Shown here one piece after another: positions 52,821-64,000 of a DNA stretch of 64,000 bases (position 1 is its first letter; every line of letters starts with the position of its first letter). The notes under the pieces are model-generated. The model saw only the letters and a program-made list of their open reading frames with translations, searched no databases and was not told the DNA's origin. Source of the DNA: Chiloscyllium plagiosum (Eukaryota); NCBI RefSeq assembly GCF_004010195.1, contig NC_057718.1, positions 12,256,924 through 12,320,923 on the forward strand. The letters run 5' to 3'. The translations under genes were made by a program, and so were the position numbers.

Positions 52821-54869
52821 CCTACTGTAGAAGTTCAGCTTTTGATTTGCTTTTCTAACCACAATAATTTACGGCTGGACTAGTTAAGCTTCTGGTCAAT
52901 GGCATTCCCCAGGATGTTGATAGTGGGGAATTCAACAAGGTAATATTGTTCAGTGTCACGTGGGGACATTTAGATGATCTTGTTGGAAGTGGTCGTTGCC
53001 TAGCACTTGAGTAGTGTGAATACAACTTTGCACTTATCATCCTAAGTCTGACCATTCTTGCACTGCTACACATTCTGAGACGTTACAAATGTGATTGAAC
53101 ACTGTGCAGTAATCAGTACTGTGGAAAACTGGATTTTATAAAGACCAGTCCTGATCTGCAAGTAGGAAGATGTTAATTCTGTTTCCCAGAAGTTATAAGC
53201 TTTCACAGTATTCCAGAGAATACCTACTAAAGCAGTGAGAGTCATAAAACAGTTTTCATGACCATAGATGTCTTGAAGTGCTGTTGTAGCCAAGCAAGTT
53301 TTTTTTATAGAAGTCAATTCTAATTATAATGAAACAGCAGTGAATTTGTGCAAAGCTAGCCTCGACAATAATGTGGTAATGATTTGATAATCTCTTTATG
53401 TAAGGTTAAACAAAAGACATTGTGGGAACACTGCATTAATTCTCATTCTTTAAATTGGTGCACCAAGGCTTCCGTTTAACATCCCATCTGAAAAATGGCA
53501 CCTCTAAGATTGCCTAGATTTTGTGACTAGAGCTCGAGATAGGGATTTGAATCCATAAACTTTTAAACTCAGCAGGAGTCTGAATGCAGAATACAGTGAA
53601 TACAGAAACCAGCTTGATAACAGCAAATTAGTGATCAATTATCCGTGGTTCAGAAATCTTTTAGGTGGAATGTTGTGTCCTCCCCCATTGAATTTGGTGG
53701 CAAGGAGAATTTAATTAAGCAGTTGGATAAGCAATTCAGATGAGCAATCAATCTGAGCCTGGCCTAGCTAGTGATGCATACATGCCATGAACAAATAAAA
53801 ACCTGCTCAGGTTGTGTTGAAAGAGGTGGTAGTTTGACAGGTGAAATGTTTAATATGATATTGGCTAGATGAGATTTACGGGATCAGGACTGGATGAGGG
53901 GCATCCAAGAAAACAAATGAAAGGATGTACAGGAGGTTATAAAGGTGTTGTCCAATATTTTTCATCTTAGATTCAGGGTTACAGCCAGAAAACTGAAGAA
54001 TTGCAAATATTTTTCAAAAAGTTATATAAAGATAAACCTAGCAACTACAGGCGAGCAAGTTTAACTTCATGGTGACGTTTCTCGAAACAATAAATCACTT
54101 GGGTAAATGCAGGTTATTTATAGAAAACAAAAATTGATTTGTGATGGGAAAATCCTGTTGAACTAACCTGTTGTAGTTTTTGGAAGTGGTAAGAGAGCTG
54201 GTTTGTGACAATAATGTTACCGAAATGATGTACACAGATTTTTGGAAAACCTTTGGTAGAATTTGCCATTTAACAGACGTGTGAGCGAAGTTATTACGGA
54301 TAGATTAAAAGGAGAGTAGCAACGTGGATACAAAATTGACTGCATGATAGGAAATAGAGTAGAGGTTTTAATACATGTTTTTTGGAGAGGTTTGTTGTTG
54401 AGTTCCCTGGGATGAGTGCTAGGACCCTACTCTCCCTGGTAATACATTAATGACTTAGACCTTGGTATAGAGGGCACAAGCTTAATATTTGTGATTGATA
54501 TGAAATTTGGAAGCACTGTGGGCATTGAGATGAAAAGGAACTCAAAAGTACATAAAACATGCAGGTGGAAAAGAAGGGCAAGTAGCAAATTCAAAGTTAA
54601 TGCAGTTAAGTATCAAATGATTCACTTTGGTTAAAAAAAGGAAACTATACAAAATTAAGGATACAATTTTACACTGGGGTTAGGAACAGGGACCCAGGTG
54701 TGTGTGTTGTGTGTGTGTGTGTGTTTAAACCATTGAAGATAGCAGGACAGGTTGAGACAGTTGTTAATAAAGAGTCTAAAGACAGGTTAGCAAGTGGGAC
54801 AAGTATTGGCAGATGCAGTATGTGAGAAAATGTGAAGTTATGCACTTTGGCTTAACTGTTCAGTTTTCC

Positions 54870-56085
54870 AGATAGTCACATGTGAGGTGCCGAAAGACTG
54901 GAGGTTGGCTAACGTGGTGCCACTGTTTAAGAAAGGTGGTAAGGACAAGCCAGGGAACTATAGACCAGTGGGCAAGTTGTTTGAGGGAACCCTGAGGGAC
55001 AGGATGTACATGTACTTAGAACTGATTTAGGGATAGTCAACATGGCTTTACGCGTGGGAAATCACGTCTCACAAACTTGAGTTTTTTTGAAGAAATAACA
55101 AAGAGGATTGATGAGGGCAGAGCGGTAGATGTGATCTATATGGACTTCAGTAAGGCGTTCGACAATGTCCCCCATGGGAGACTGGTTAGCAAGGTCAGAT
55201 CTCATGGAATACCGGGAGAACTCGCCATTTGGATACAGAACTGGCTCAAAGGTAGAAGACAGAGGGTGGTGGTGTTTTTCAGACTGGAGGCCTGTGACCA
55301 GTGGAGTGCCACAAGGATCAGTGCTGGGTCTACTACTTTTCATCACTTATGTAGATGATTTGGATGAGAGCATAAGAGGTATAGTTAGTAAGTTTGCAGA
55401 TGACACCAAAATTGGAGGTGTAGTGGACAGCAAAGAAGGTACCACAGATTACAACAGGATCTGGACCAGATGAGCCAATGGGCGGAGAAATGGCAGATGG
55501 AGTTTAATTTAGATAAATGTGAGGTGCTGCATTTTGGGAAAGCAAATCCACTGTTGGAATATTGCGTGCAATTCTGTTCTCCTTCCTATCAGAAAGATAT
55601 TGTGAAACTTGAAAGGGTTCAGAAAAGATTTACAATGATGTTGCCGGGGTTGGAGGATTTGAGCTATAGGGAGAGGCTGAACTAGCTGGGCTGTTTTCCC
55701 TGGAGTGTCGGTGGCTGAGGGGTGACCTTATAGAGGTTTATAAAACCACAAGAGGCATGGATAGGATAAATAGAGAAAGTCTTTTCCCTGGTGTGGGGGA
55801 GTCCAGACTAGAGGGTTTGGTTTAGGGTGAGAGGGGAAAGATATAAAAGAGACCTAAGGGGCAACCTTTTCACTCAGAGGGTGGTACGTGTATGGAATTA
55901 GCTGCCAGAGGAAGTGGTGGGGGCTGGTACAATTGCAACATTTCAGAGGCATCTGGATGGATATATGAATAGGAAGGGTTTGAAGGGATATGGCCCAGGT
56001 GGGACTAGATTGGTTTGGGATATCTGGTCGGCATGGACGGGTTGGACCAAAAAGTCTGTTTCTCAGCTGAACATCTCTACGACTA
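54870..56085 (+). mobile_element. CR1/HER1 LINE ORF2 3' fragment
   Basis: YMDFSKAFDNVPH, SGVPQGSVLG, KFADDTK. Confidence 0.93.
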
Positions 56086-56999
56086 TGTGGTATACAGTAT
56101 TTACCTACTTTTATACACCATTCCCTTTGAAATAAAAGCCAATATTCTACTTGTATCTTATTCAAGGAAAGACATGTTAGCATTGGCGGCAAAGAAACAG
56201 GAACAGGAGTAGAATAGTCCATCTCTTAACACATCCAATTCAGTACACTATTCCTGCTTTCACTCCATACCACTTGATCCTTTTAGCGCTAAGAACAATA
56301 TTTATTTTCTTCTGGAGAACATTTTGGTTTCAACCACCATCTGTGTGAAGAATTCCACCGGCTCATCATTTTTTAGATGAATAAATTTCTCACCTCAGGC
56401 TTAAAAGGCTCACCAGGCTGATACCAGGTATGGAGGAACTGTCTTATGAGATGTTGAGTAGATTGGGTCAGTACTAATTTAGAAGAATTGAGAGATGCAA
56501 GATTCTTACGGGACTTGACAGTGTAAATGTGGAGAGGTTGTTTACCCTTGTGGGAGAGTCCAGGAACATACAGCACAATCTCAGAATAAGAAGTCGCACA
56601 TTTAAATCAGAGGTGAGGAGAAATTTCTTCACCTAGCGGGTAGTGAATCCATGGAATTCTTTATAGCAAAGAGCCATTGAGCTGTTGCTAAGTTTTTTCA
56701 AAGCTAGGGGAGACTGATTTTTAATCAGTGAGGGAGTCAAGAGTGATGGGGAAAAGACTGGAAAGTAGAGATGAGTTTTATCAGATCAACCATGATCCAA
56801 TTGAATGGTGGAGTAGACGTGATGGGTTACATGGCCTACTTCTGCTACTACATTTTTTGGTTTCAAAACATCACAGAGCAAACTGTGTCCAGAACCAGGG
56901 GTCAGAGTCTAACAAAACTGATTTGGCCTCAACTGGAGTATTGTGTCCAATTCGAAGCAGCACAGTTAAAGCATGCATTAATAGAGTGCAGAAAAAAAA

Positions 57000-58035
57000 T
57001 TCATGGTGAATGTTAGGGCCTTAAAGAATATAGTGGAACAGAAGGACCTTGGGGTTCAGGTACACAGTTCTCTGAAAGTGGAGTCACAGGTAGATAGACC
57101 AGTGAAGGCAGCTTTTGGCACATTGCCTTTCATCAGTCAGCGCATTAAGTACAGAAATTGGGACGTTATGTTGCAGTTATACAGGATGTTGGTGAAGCTG
57201 CACTATTATTATTATTAGTAGTAGTAGTAGTATGTTCAGTTTTGGTCACTTTGCTATAGGAAGGATGTTACTAAACTGGAAGAGTACAGAAGAAATTTAC
57301 AAGGATGTTGCCTGGACAGGAGACTGAGAGCGGATCTTGTAGAAGTGAATATAGATCTCAAGTATAGATCATGAGAGTAATGAAAAGGGTGAATGCACTC
57401 AGTCTTTTTCCCAGGGTTGGGGAATGAGGGCTAGAGGGCATCAATTTAAGGTTAGAGGGGGAAGAATATAAAGGAACCTGAGTGGCAACTTCTTACACAG
57501 AGAGTGGAACGCATATGGAATGAGCTGCCAGCAGAAGTGGTTGAGGTAGGTACATTGACATTTTAGATTAGATTAGATTACAGTGTGGAAACAGGCCCTT
57601 CGGCCCAACAAGTCCACACCGACCCGCCGAAGCGAAACCCACCCATACCCCTACATTTACCCCTTATCTAACACTACGGGCAATTTAGCATGGCCAATTC
57701 ACCTGACCCTGCACATCTTTGTGACTGTGGGAGGAAACCGGAGCACCCGGAGGAAACCCACGCAGACACGGGGAGAACGTGCAAACTCCACACAGTCAGT
57801 CGCCTGAGGCGGGAATTGAACCCGGGTCTCTGGCGCTGTGAGGCAGCAGTGCTAACCACTGTGCCACCGTGCCGCCCATTTAAAAGGCTTTTGGACAAAT
57901 ACATTGATAGGAAAGGTTTAGAAGGTTATGGGTCAAGTGCAGGGAAATGGAATTAGCATGGATGGACATTTTGATTGACATGGACCAGTTTGGGCCAAAC
58001 GGCCTGTCTCCATGCTGTAGGACTCTACGGCTCTA
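57000..58035 (+). mobile_element. CR1 LINE 3' fragment interrupted by an HE1 SINE
   Basis: EQKDLGVQVHSSLKVESQVD; 3' tail resumes after 57878. Confidence 0.85.
57563..57877 (-). mobile_element. HE1 V-SINE, full length, CpG-rich (young)
   Basis: Head GGGCGGCACGGTGGCACAGTGG, V-domain, (TAATC)n tail. Confidence 0.94.
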
Positions 58036-58536
58036 AATTTGCTCCCAGGGATGTTGAACTTCAGTTTGTGGATAGATTAAAGAAGTTTGAATTATTTTAC
58101 TTGGAGAAGACTGAGAGGAAATTTGATTGAGGTAGACCAAGCTATGCAGAGTCTGGATGGTGGTTAGCAAAAAAATATTGTTCCCATTAGTGGAAAGATT
58201 TACGAACAAGAAAACATGTTCTTAGGGTACTTTGTAAAATAAGCAATGGCAGTGCAAGGGAAACCATTCTCATGCAGCAAATGGTTAGGGTCTGGAATGC
58301 ACAGCCTAAAAGTAAGGAGGCAAGTTCAATCGAGACATTTGTATTGTTTCCTGCAAAGGGAGAATGTGCATGACTGTGAAAAAGCATGGAGTAGCACTAG
58401 ACAGATTTCTCTTTTGAACAGTTGGCGCAGACAAGACAGACCAACTGGTCTTCCATGCTGTAAACATTCTGTGGTTAATGTGGAATTCCCTGGACTGTAA
58501 AAAGCACATACTTGCCAAACTTGCACATATCAAAAT

Positions 58537-59147
58537 TGTTATAACACAGTGGTGAATCCCTCTGTTGATTAAACTAAATGCCCAGAAAAGCTCGTCTCGC
58601 CTCAAAATCTGTTAAAATGAGTGACAGAGAACTCCCAAGTTCCACTATTCAACAAAAATACTATTAATTTATTCTGTAACTCTAAAAGTGAACTTTAAAC
58701 AAATATTCATAACTCTAAGCCCCCCTTTATCTTAATTGCTTATTACCTGTCTCCAACTCTAAAACAATATGGTGTTCCAATAAGCACTTATTAGAATTAC
58801 ATCAACCTAATTTCAAAACCATAGAGCGGCTGTCATAGGTGTCTTCTTTCGACTGAATATCTCCTTGGGTCATCTTTTTTCTTTTTACTGTGATGTTATT
58901 TCATATGAAAAGGTGCATTTGATAGTGTTACAATTGCTTGGTTGTCCCTCTCTCTCTCGCTCTCTACATTGTTGTCAAACATCAACCAATTCAGGTATCC
59001 ATTTCACAGCCAAATGTTACATATTTTCAATTTTCTAGTACACTCAGACTGCTAGCTAGTCATATGACAGGTGCTTGTAAGCTCTCAGTGCAAAAACAGC
59101 ATTCACTCTCTCTTGAAGGTATACTACACGCCTTCAACTTCATAACA
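58537..59147 (-). repeat. Gypsy 3' LTR
   Basis: TGTTAT...ATAACA inverted termini; purine tract AATGGGAGAGG immediately upstream on the minus strand. Confidence 0.75.
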
Positions 59148-62100
59148 CCTCTCCCATTAAGAAAAAATGAACCATCATAACGAAAAGATGGCTTCAATTT
59201 TTTTTTACTAATTCTTAATCCTATTACTATGAAATACATAGAACATTAATCTAAATTTATATTAATTTCTGCATACATATATATAACATTAGTATCTGTT
59301 CAATCTTATCTAAACTTTAGCCTTTAAATTCACGATAACGCATCTGCTATCACATTTTTATGACTTTTAATTTGTAAATTAAAAGTCTGTAAACACAAGA
59401 CTCCAATGAAGTAGTCTTATATTCTTGTCTTTAAATCATTCCAAGAATGTAAGAGGATTGTTATCCATGTACACAACTGTCTCTGACACATTGTTCATCA
59501 CATAAACATTAAAATCTAGCCAGTACCAAACTCAACAAGTCTTTTTCGATAGTAGGTTATTTTCTCTAGCGAGTGTTGAGTTTCTTTGAAAAGTAACCAA
59601 CTGGCCGTTCAATTCCATCATCATCTTCCCGTAGTAGTACAGCTCCAACTCCTATATCACGAGCATCGGTTGCAACTTTGAAAATTTGGTGTAGCTAAAA
59701 CTGGTGCTGTGGTTAATACTGCTTTTAAATTCTCAAATGCCTCTTGGCATTGTTCTGTCCTGAAATTTAGTGTTCTTCTTCAGTTAATCTGTTAGCAGTG
59801 CCATCACGTTGCTGAAGTTTGGAAGAAACCTCCGGTAGAATCTGCTTCGTCCCAAAAATCAAAACACATCTTTCTTCGAGGTTGTTTGTGGAAATTCCAC
59901 AATGGCGTCCCTTGGGATCAACCTTCCGTGACCAATGTTATGTCCCAAGAATGTCACCTCTAACTTCACAAATTCATTTTTCAGTTTTGCTTCACTTAAT
60001 TGTTCAAAGAGCTCTATCAGCTGTACCATGTGATCTATCCATAACTCACTAAAGATCACTACATCTTCCAAATAAACTGGAGTTTGTTAACCCAGCCACA
60101 ACTTAGTTCATGAGTCTAAGAAAGGTGGCTGGTGCGTTCATCATTCCAAAAGGTATTACTTTGAATTGATATAGCCCATTTAGCGTTACAAATGTAGAAA
60201 CTTCTTTTGCTTTCCAATAAGATACCTGCCAATAACCATGCAATAAGTCCAACTACAGTCCTCCAAACTTGGTATTGGGCATGTGTCCAATTTTGTTACA
60301 GCATCAACCTTCTGATAGTCCACACAAAATCCTTGAGTCCTGTCAGGTTTGGGAACTAGCATGACCAGCAAACTCAGTTCATGATATCATCATATCCACT
60401 TCCTTCTGGATCTGTGTGGCTCTGAAAGGATTAAGCCTGTCAGGATGTTGTTTTATTCAGATAGCATTCCCTACTTCCACCTCGTGCACAATAGTATTAG
60501 TTCTGCTGCAACAAACCTTTCAACTGGGTTCTTTGCTCCTGAAACAGATAATTCACTAACCTATTGCACTCCTCAAGGAATTCCTCATTGTTTAATGTAT
60601 TTTAAGGCACATGAAACTTCACAACATTGGATTTGATTCTGCAGGGCAGTAAATAACAGTTGTTTCTCCAGTTCCCTGCCTCTATCATAATAAAGTTTCA
60701 ACATATTCACATGACATATCTGATACAGTTTTCTATCCAGCATCTTTACCAGATAGTTTACCTGACTTACCTTTCTCTCAATTTGATCGGGACCACTAAA
60801 CCTGGCTTTGAAGGCATCTCCTACCACTCATAACAATACTAACACATCATCCCCACAGGAAAACAACCAAATTTCAGAGTTTTATATCTGTCACCTGTTT
60901 CATTCTATGCTGTGGCCTCTTAGGTGCTGTTTAGCTAATTCACTTACCTGATTTAATCTCTCCCTCACCTCAGATACATAATCCAAATTTGAGATCTCCT
61001 GTCAATTTCTCTTTAATTTCAAAAACCCTCTCATGTCATATCCAAATATTAACTCAAAGGTAGTAAACTGAGTAGATTCATTTGAGGCATCTCTGATGGC
61101 AAACAATACCAATGGAATACCTTTATCCCAATCATTCACATAATCCTGATTGTCCACTCTTAACAATCTTTAGGGTCTGATGCCACGTTCCTAAAGCTCC
61201 CTGAGATTCAGGATGGTACACACTTGATTTAAAGTGCTGTATGCCTAAGCCATCCATGACTTCCTTAAACAATCTAGCAGCAAAAGTAGACCCTTGGTCT
61301 AACTGAATCTCTCTGGGTATCACATACTGCATGAAAAAAGCTACTAACTCCTCAACCACCATTTTTGCATTAGTACTTCATAATGGAATTGGCTCCAGGA
61401 ATCTGGTAGACACATCCATTATTGTTAGCAAGTACAGGTTCCCACTTCCAGTTTTAGGGAGAGGACCTACGCAATCAATCATAACCTGCATGAAAGGTCC
61501 TTCTAAAGCAGCAATTAGATTAGATTCCCTATGGTGTGGAAACAGGCCCTTCGTCCCAAAAAGTCCACAAAGGGTCTAGTTTTATTACTGCCTGTAGCTT
61601 ACCTACCATTTGACACATATGGTATGTACATCAAAAGTTAACCACATCCTTGTGCTCTTCAGGCCAATAGAAATGTTTTTGTACCTTAGCCTGAGTCTTC
61701 CTTACATCTGGGTGACCTCCTATTGGTAGTTCAGGTGCTATCCATAACACTTCCTGTCTTTATGCTACTGGCAACACAATCTGGTGCACTTCTGCCCATT
61801 TCTCCTCTGTACTAACCTGCCGTGGTTGATACTGGATCTTGTTACTGCACAGTCTAGGAAACTTCCAGGGTATTTTTCTTTTAACTCCTCAGTTCCCTCG
61901 TCTTCCTTTGGCTTCACCACAACAAGGGGTTTTATTCCCACCTTGGATCCTGCTAAATTGTTCCCAAGAACATACAGTATTCCTGGAACTGACATTCTGT
62001 CAATCACTCCCACTGTTACTTCCCCACTCTTCAGTTGGCACACCAACCTGATCTTACATAGAGGAATGTTAATTTTCTGTCTATCTATCCCACAAATTAC

Positions 62101-62167
62101 CACTCTCTCAGATAACATGTCAGTAAGAGTGCAAATAGGTTCATCTCTTACTATTCGAGACTGATTA

Positions 62168-63429
62168 AGAACAAAAGAACTAGGAGCAGGAGTAGACTGT
62201 CCGGCCCTTCAAGCATGCTCTGCCATTCATGGCCAATGTTTTTGTGGACTCAGCTCTATTTACCTGCACTCTCACCATATCTCTTAGTTCCTTTATTGTT
62301 CAAAACAAAATCTATCTTAGCTTTAAAAACATTTACTCAAGTAGCATCAACTACTTCACTGGGCAAGGAATTCCATAGATTTTACTACCCTCTGGGTGGA
62401 GAAATTTGTTCTTAATTCAGTCCTAAATCTGCTCCCTCTAATCTTGAAGCTATGATCTTTTGTCCTAGTTTCACCTGCCAGTAAAAACATTCTTTCTACT
62501 TCTACCTTATCTATTCCTTTCATAAGTTTATATGTTTCTATAAGATTCCCCTCTCAATCATCAGAATTCCAATGAATATAATACCAATCTACTCAGTTTC
62601 TCCTCATAAACCAACCCCTCAACTCTGGAATCAACCTAGTGAACCTCCTCTGCACCCCCTTCAGTGGCAGTAAATCCCTTCTCAAGTAAGGAGACCAAAA
62701 CTGCACAATACTCCAGATGTGGCCTCACCAGCACCTTGCACAGCTGCAACATAACCTCTTTGCTTTTAAACTCAATCCCTTTAGCAATGAAGGACAAAAT
62801 TCCATTTCCCTTTCTAATTACTTGTTGTACCTGCAGACCAACTTTCAGTGATTCATGCTCAAGGATACCCATATCCCTCTGCATAGCAGCATGTTGCAAC
62901 TTCTTACCATTCAAGTAATAAATCTTTTTTACTATTACTCCTACCAAAATGTATGACTTCACACTTATTTACATTGTGTTCCATCTGCCAGAACTTTGCC
63001 CACTCACTCAATGTATCTATGTTCCTCTGCAAAGTTTCAGTCCTCTGCAAATTTTGCTCTGCCACTCATCTGCAAATTTTGACACTACATGTGGTCCCCA
63101 ACTCCAAATCATCGATATAAATCGTAAATAAATGCAGTCCCAACACCGATCTCTGAGGCTACCACTAGTCACTGATTGCTAGCCAGAAGAGCAATCATTT
63201 ATCCCCACTCTTGCTTCCTGTTAGTTAACTAATCTTCTATCCATGCTAATACTTTACCCTAATGCCACGTATCCTTATCTTATGCAGCAGCCTCTTGTGC
63301 GGCACCTTGTCAAAAGCCTTTTGTAAATCTAGGTACACCACATCTACTGAGTCCCCCTTGCTTGTAATGTCTTCATAGAATTCCAAAAGATTTGTGAAGC
63401 ATTGACCTAGCCTTCATGAACCCAAATTA
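62168..63429 (-). mobile_element. CR1 LINE 3' fragment inserted into the gypsy protease
   Basis: ORF 62636-62962 LVRPHLEYC; flanked by GATTA/GATTA; the gypsy frame LRDIGPN|QSRIVRD rejoins across it. Confidence 0.88.
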
Positions 63430-64000
63430 GATTAGGTCCTATATCTCTCAAAGTTATCTCTCAAATTTCACTTCTCCGCTGTTCTTTCTGAGTAAACTTT
63501 ACCCACAGAGATAAAGACTTTATAGAGATCAGACACTAACTCAATACTCAGCCCCTGCCTAGGGTATGCAGTCTCCTGCAGCTCCTTAACCTTTGTTGGG
63601 GGTTCCTTTTCTACTTTCACTAATGCCACTGGCTTCGCCTCTTTTACCACATCTTTTCCCCCCAGTGCCCATTCTTTCACAACCAGCCCTGCGACTTTAC
63701 GTGTTACACCTTCTGGCAGTGAAAACACCTTTTTCCAGTGCCCTTCTTAAACCATCAGGACTGTAATTTTCTATGTCCCACTCCTTTGCAGGGAAAACAC
63801 CCGAGGCCTTTCACATCCTTTCCACCCTCTTCGGCTTCTTTATCCACCTGTGGTAAACTAGTGTGCTCTACTCTTTGTTTTGTAGGGTAGGATCTCCCCT
63901 TCTCCCAATTTCTATCCCTCACAGGATAAAATTCTTGCTGGAAGCTAAATTTTGCCTTACTGAAAGTTCATCTGTCATCTCTGCCACTCTTCTCACTTCT

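Larger units (their letters stand above)
58537..64000 (-). mobile_element. Gmr1-like Ty3/gypsy LTR retrotransposon, decayed, continues past the window end
   Basis: Degenerate zinc knuckle (CFPCKGVGH, about 63770-63800), protease LRDIG, IN (61130-61750), GPY/F-like motif, then RT (59800-60450) and RNase H (59350-59700), PPT, LTR. Confidence 0.88.

Overview
Cartilaginous-fish (shark-like) genomic DNA, inferred from HE1 V-SINEs and HER1/CR1 LINEs. The window holds one complete host gene, PHF10 (BAF45a, a PBAF subunit), on the minus strand. It has 12 coding exons (43006 to 7129), all with GT-AG junctions and consistent phases, giving 1485 nt and 494 aa. It also carries an intact intron-9 read-through (YKVEDKSP*) matching the PHD-less PDSM isoform. 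About 2.2 kb upstream, in the same orientation, lies a decayed two-LTR endogenous retrovirus (45177-52820). It has a probable tRNA-Ser PBS, a nearly deleted gag, an amber gag-pol junction, a 2H-phosphoesterase domain between protease and RT, and a gamma-type env. Further upstream is a decayed Gmr1-type Ty3/gypsy element with integrase before RT. Introns and flanks contain many CR1 fragments and SINEs, plus palindromic Penelope-like termini from at least three families carrying minimal hammerhead ribozyme motifs. There is a 500-N assembly gap at 26572-27071. Repeat boundaries are approximate and were read by eye.
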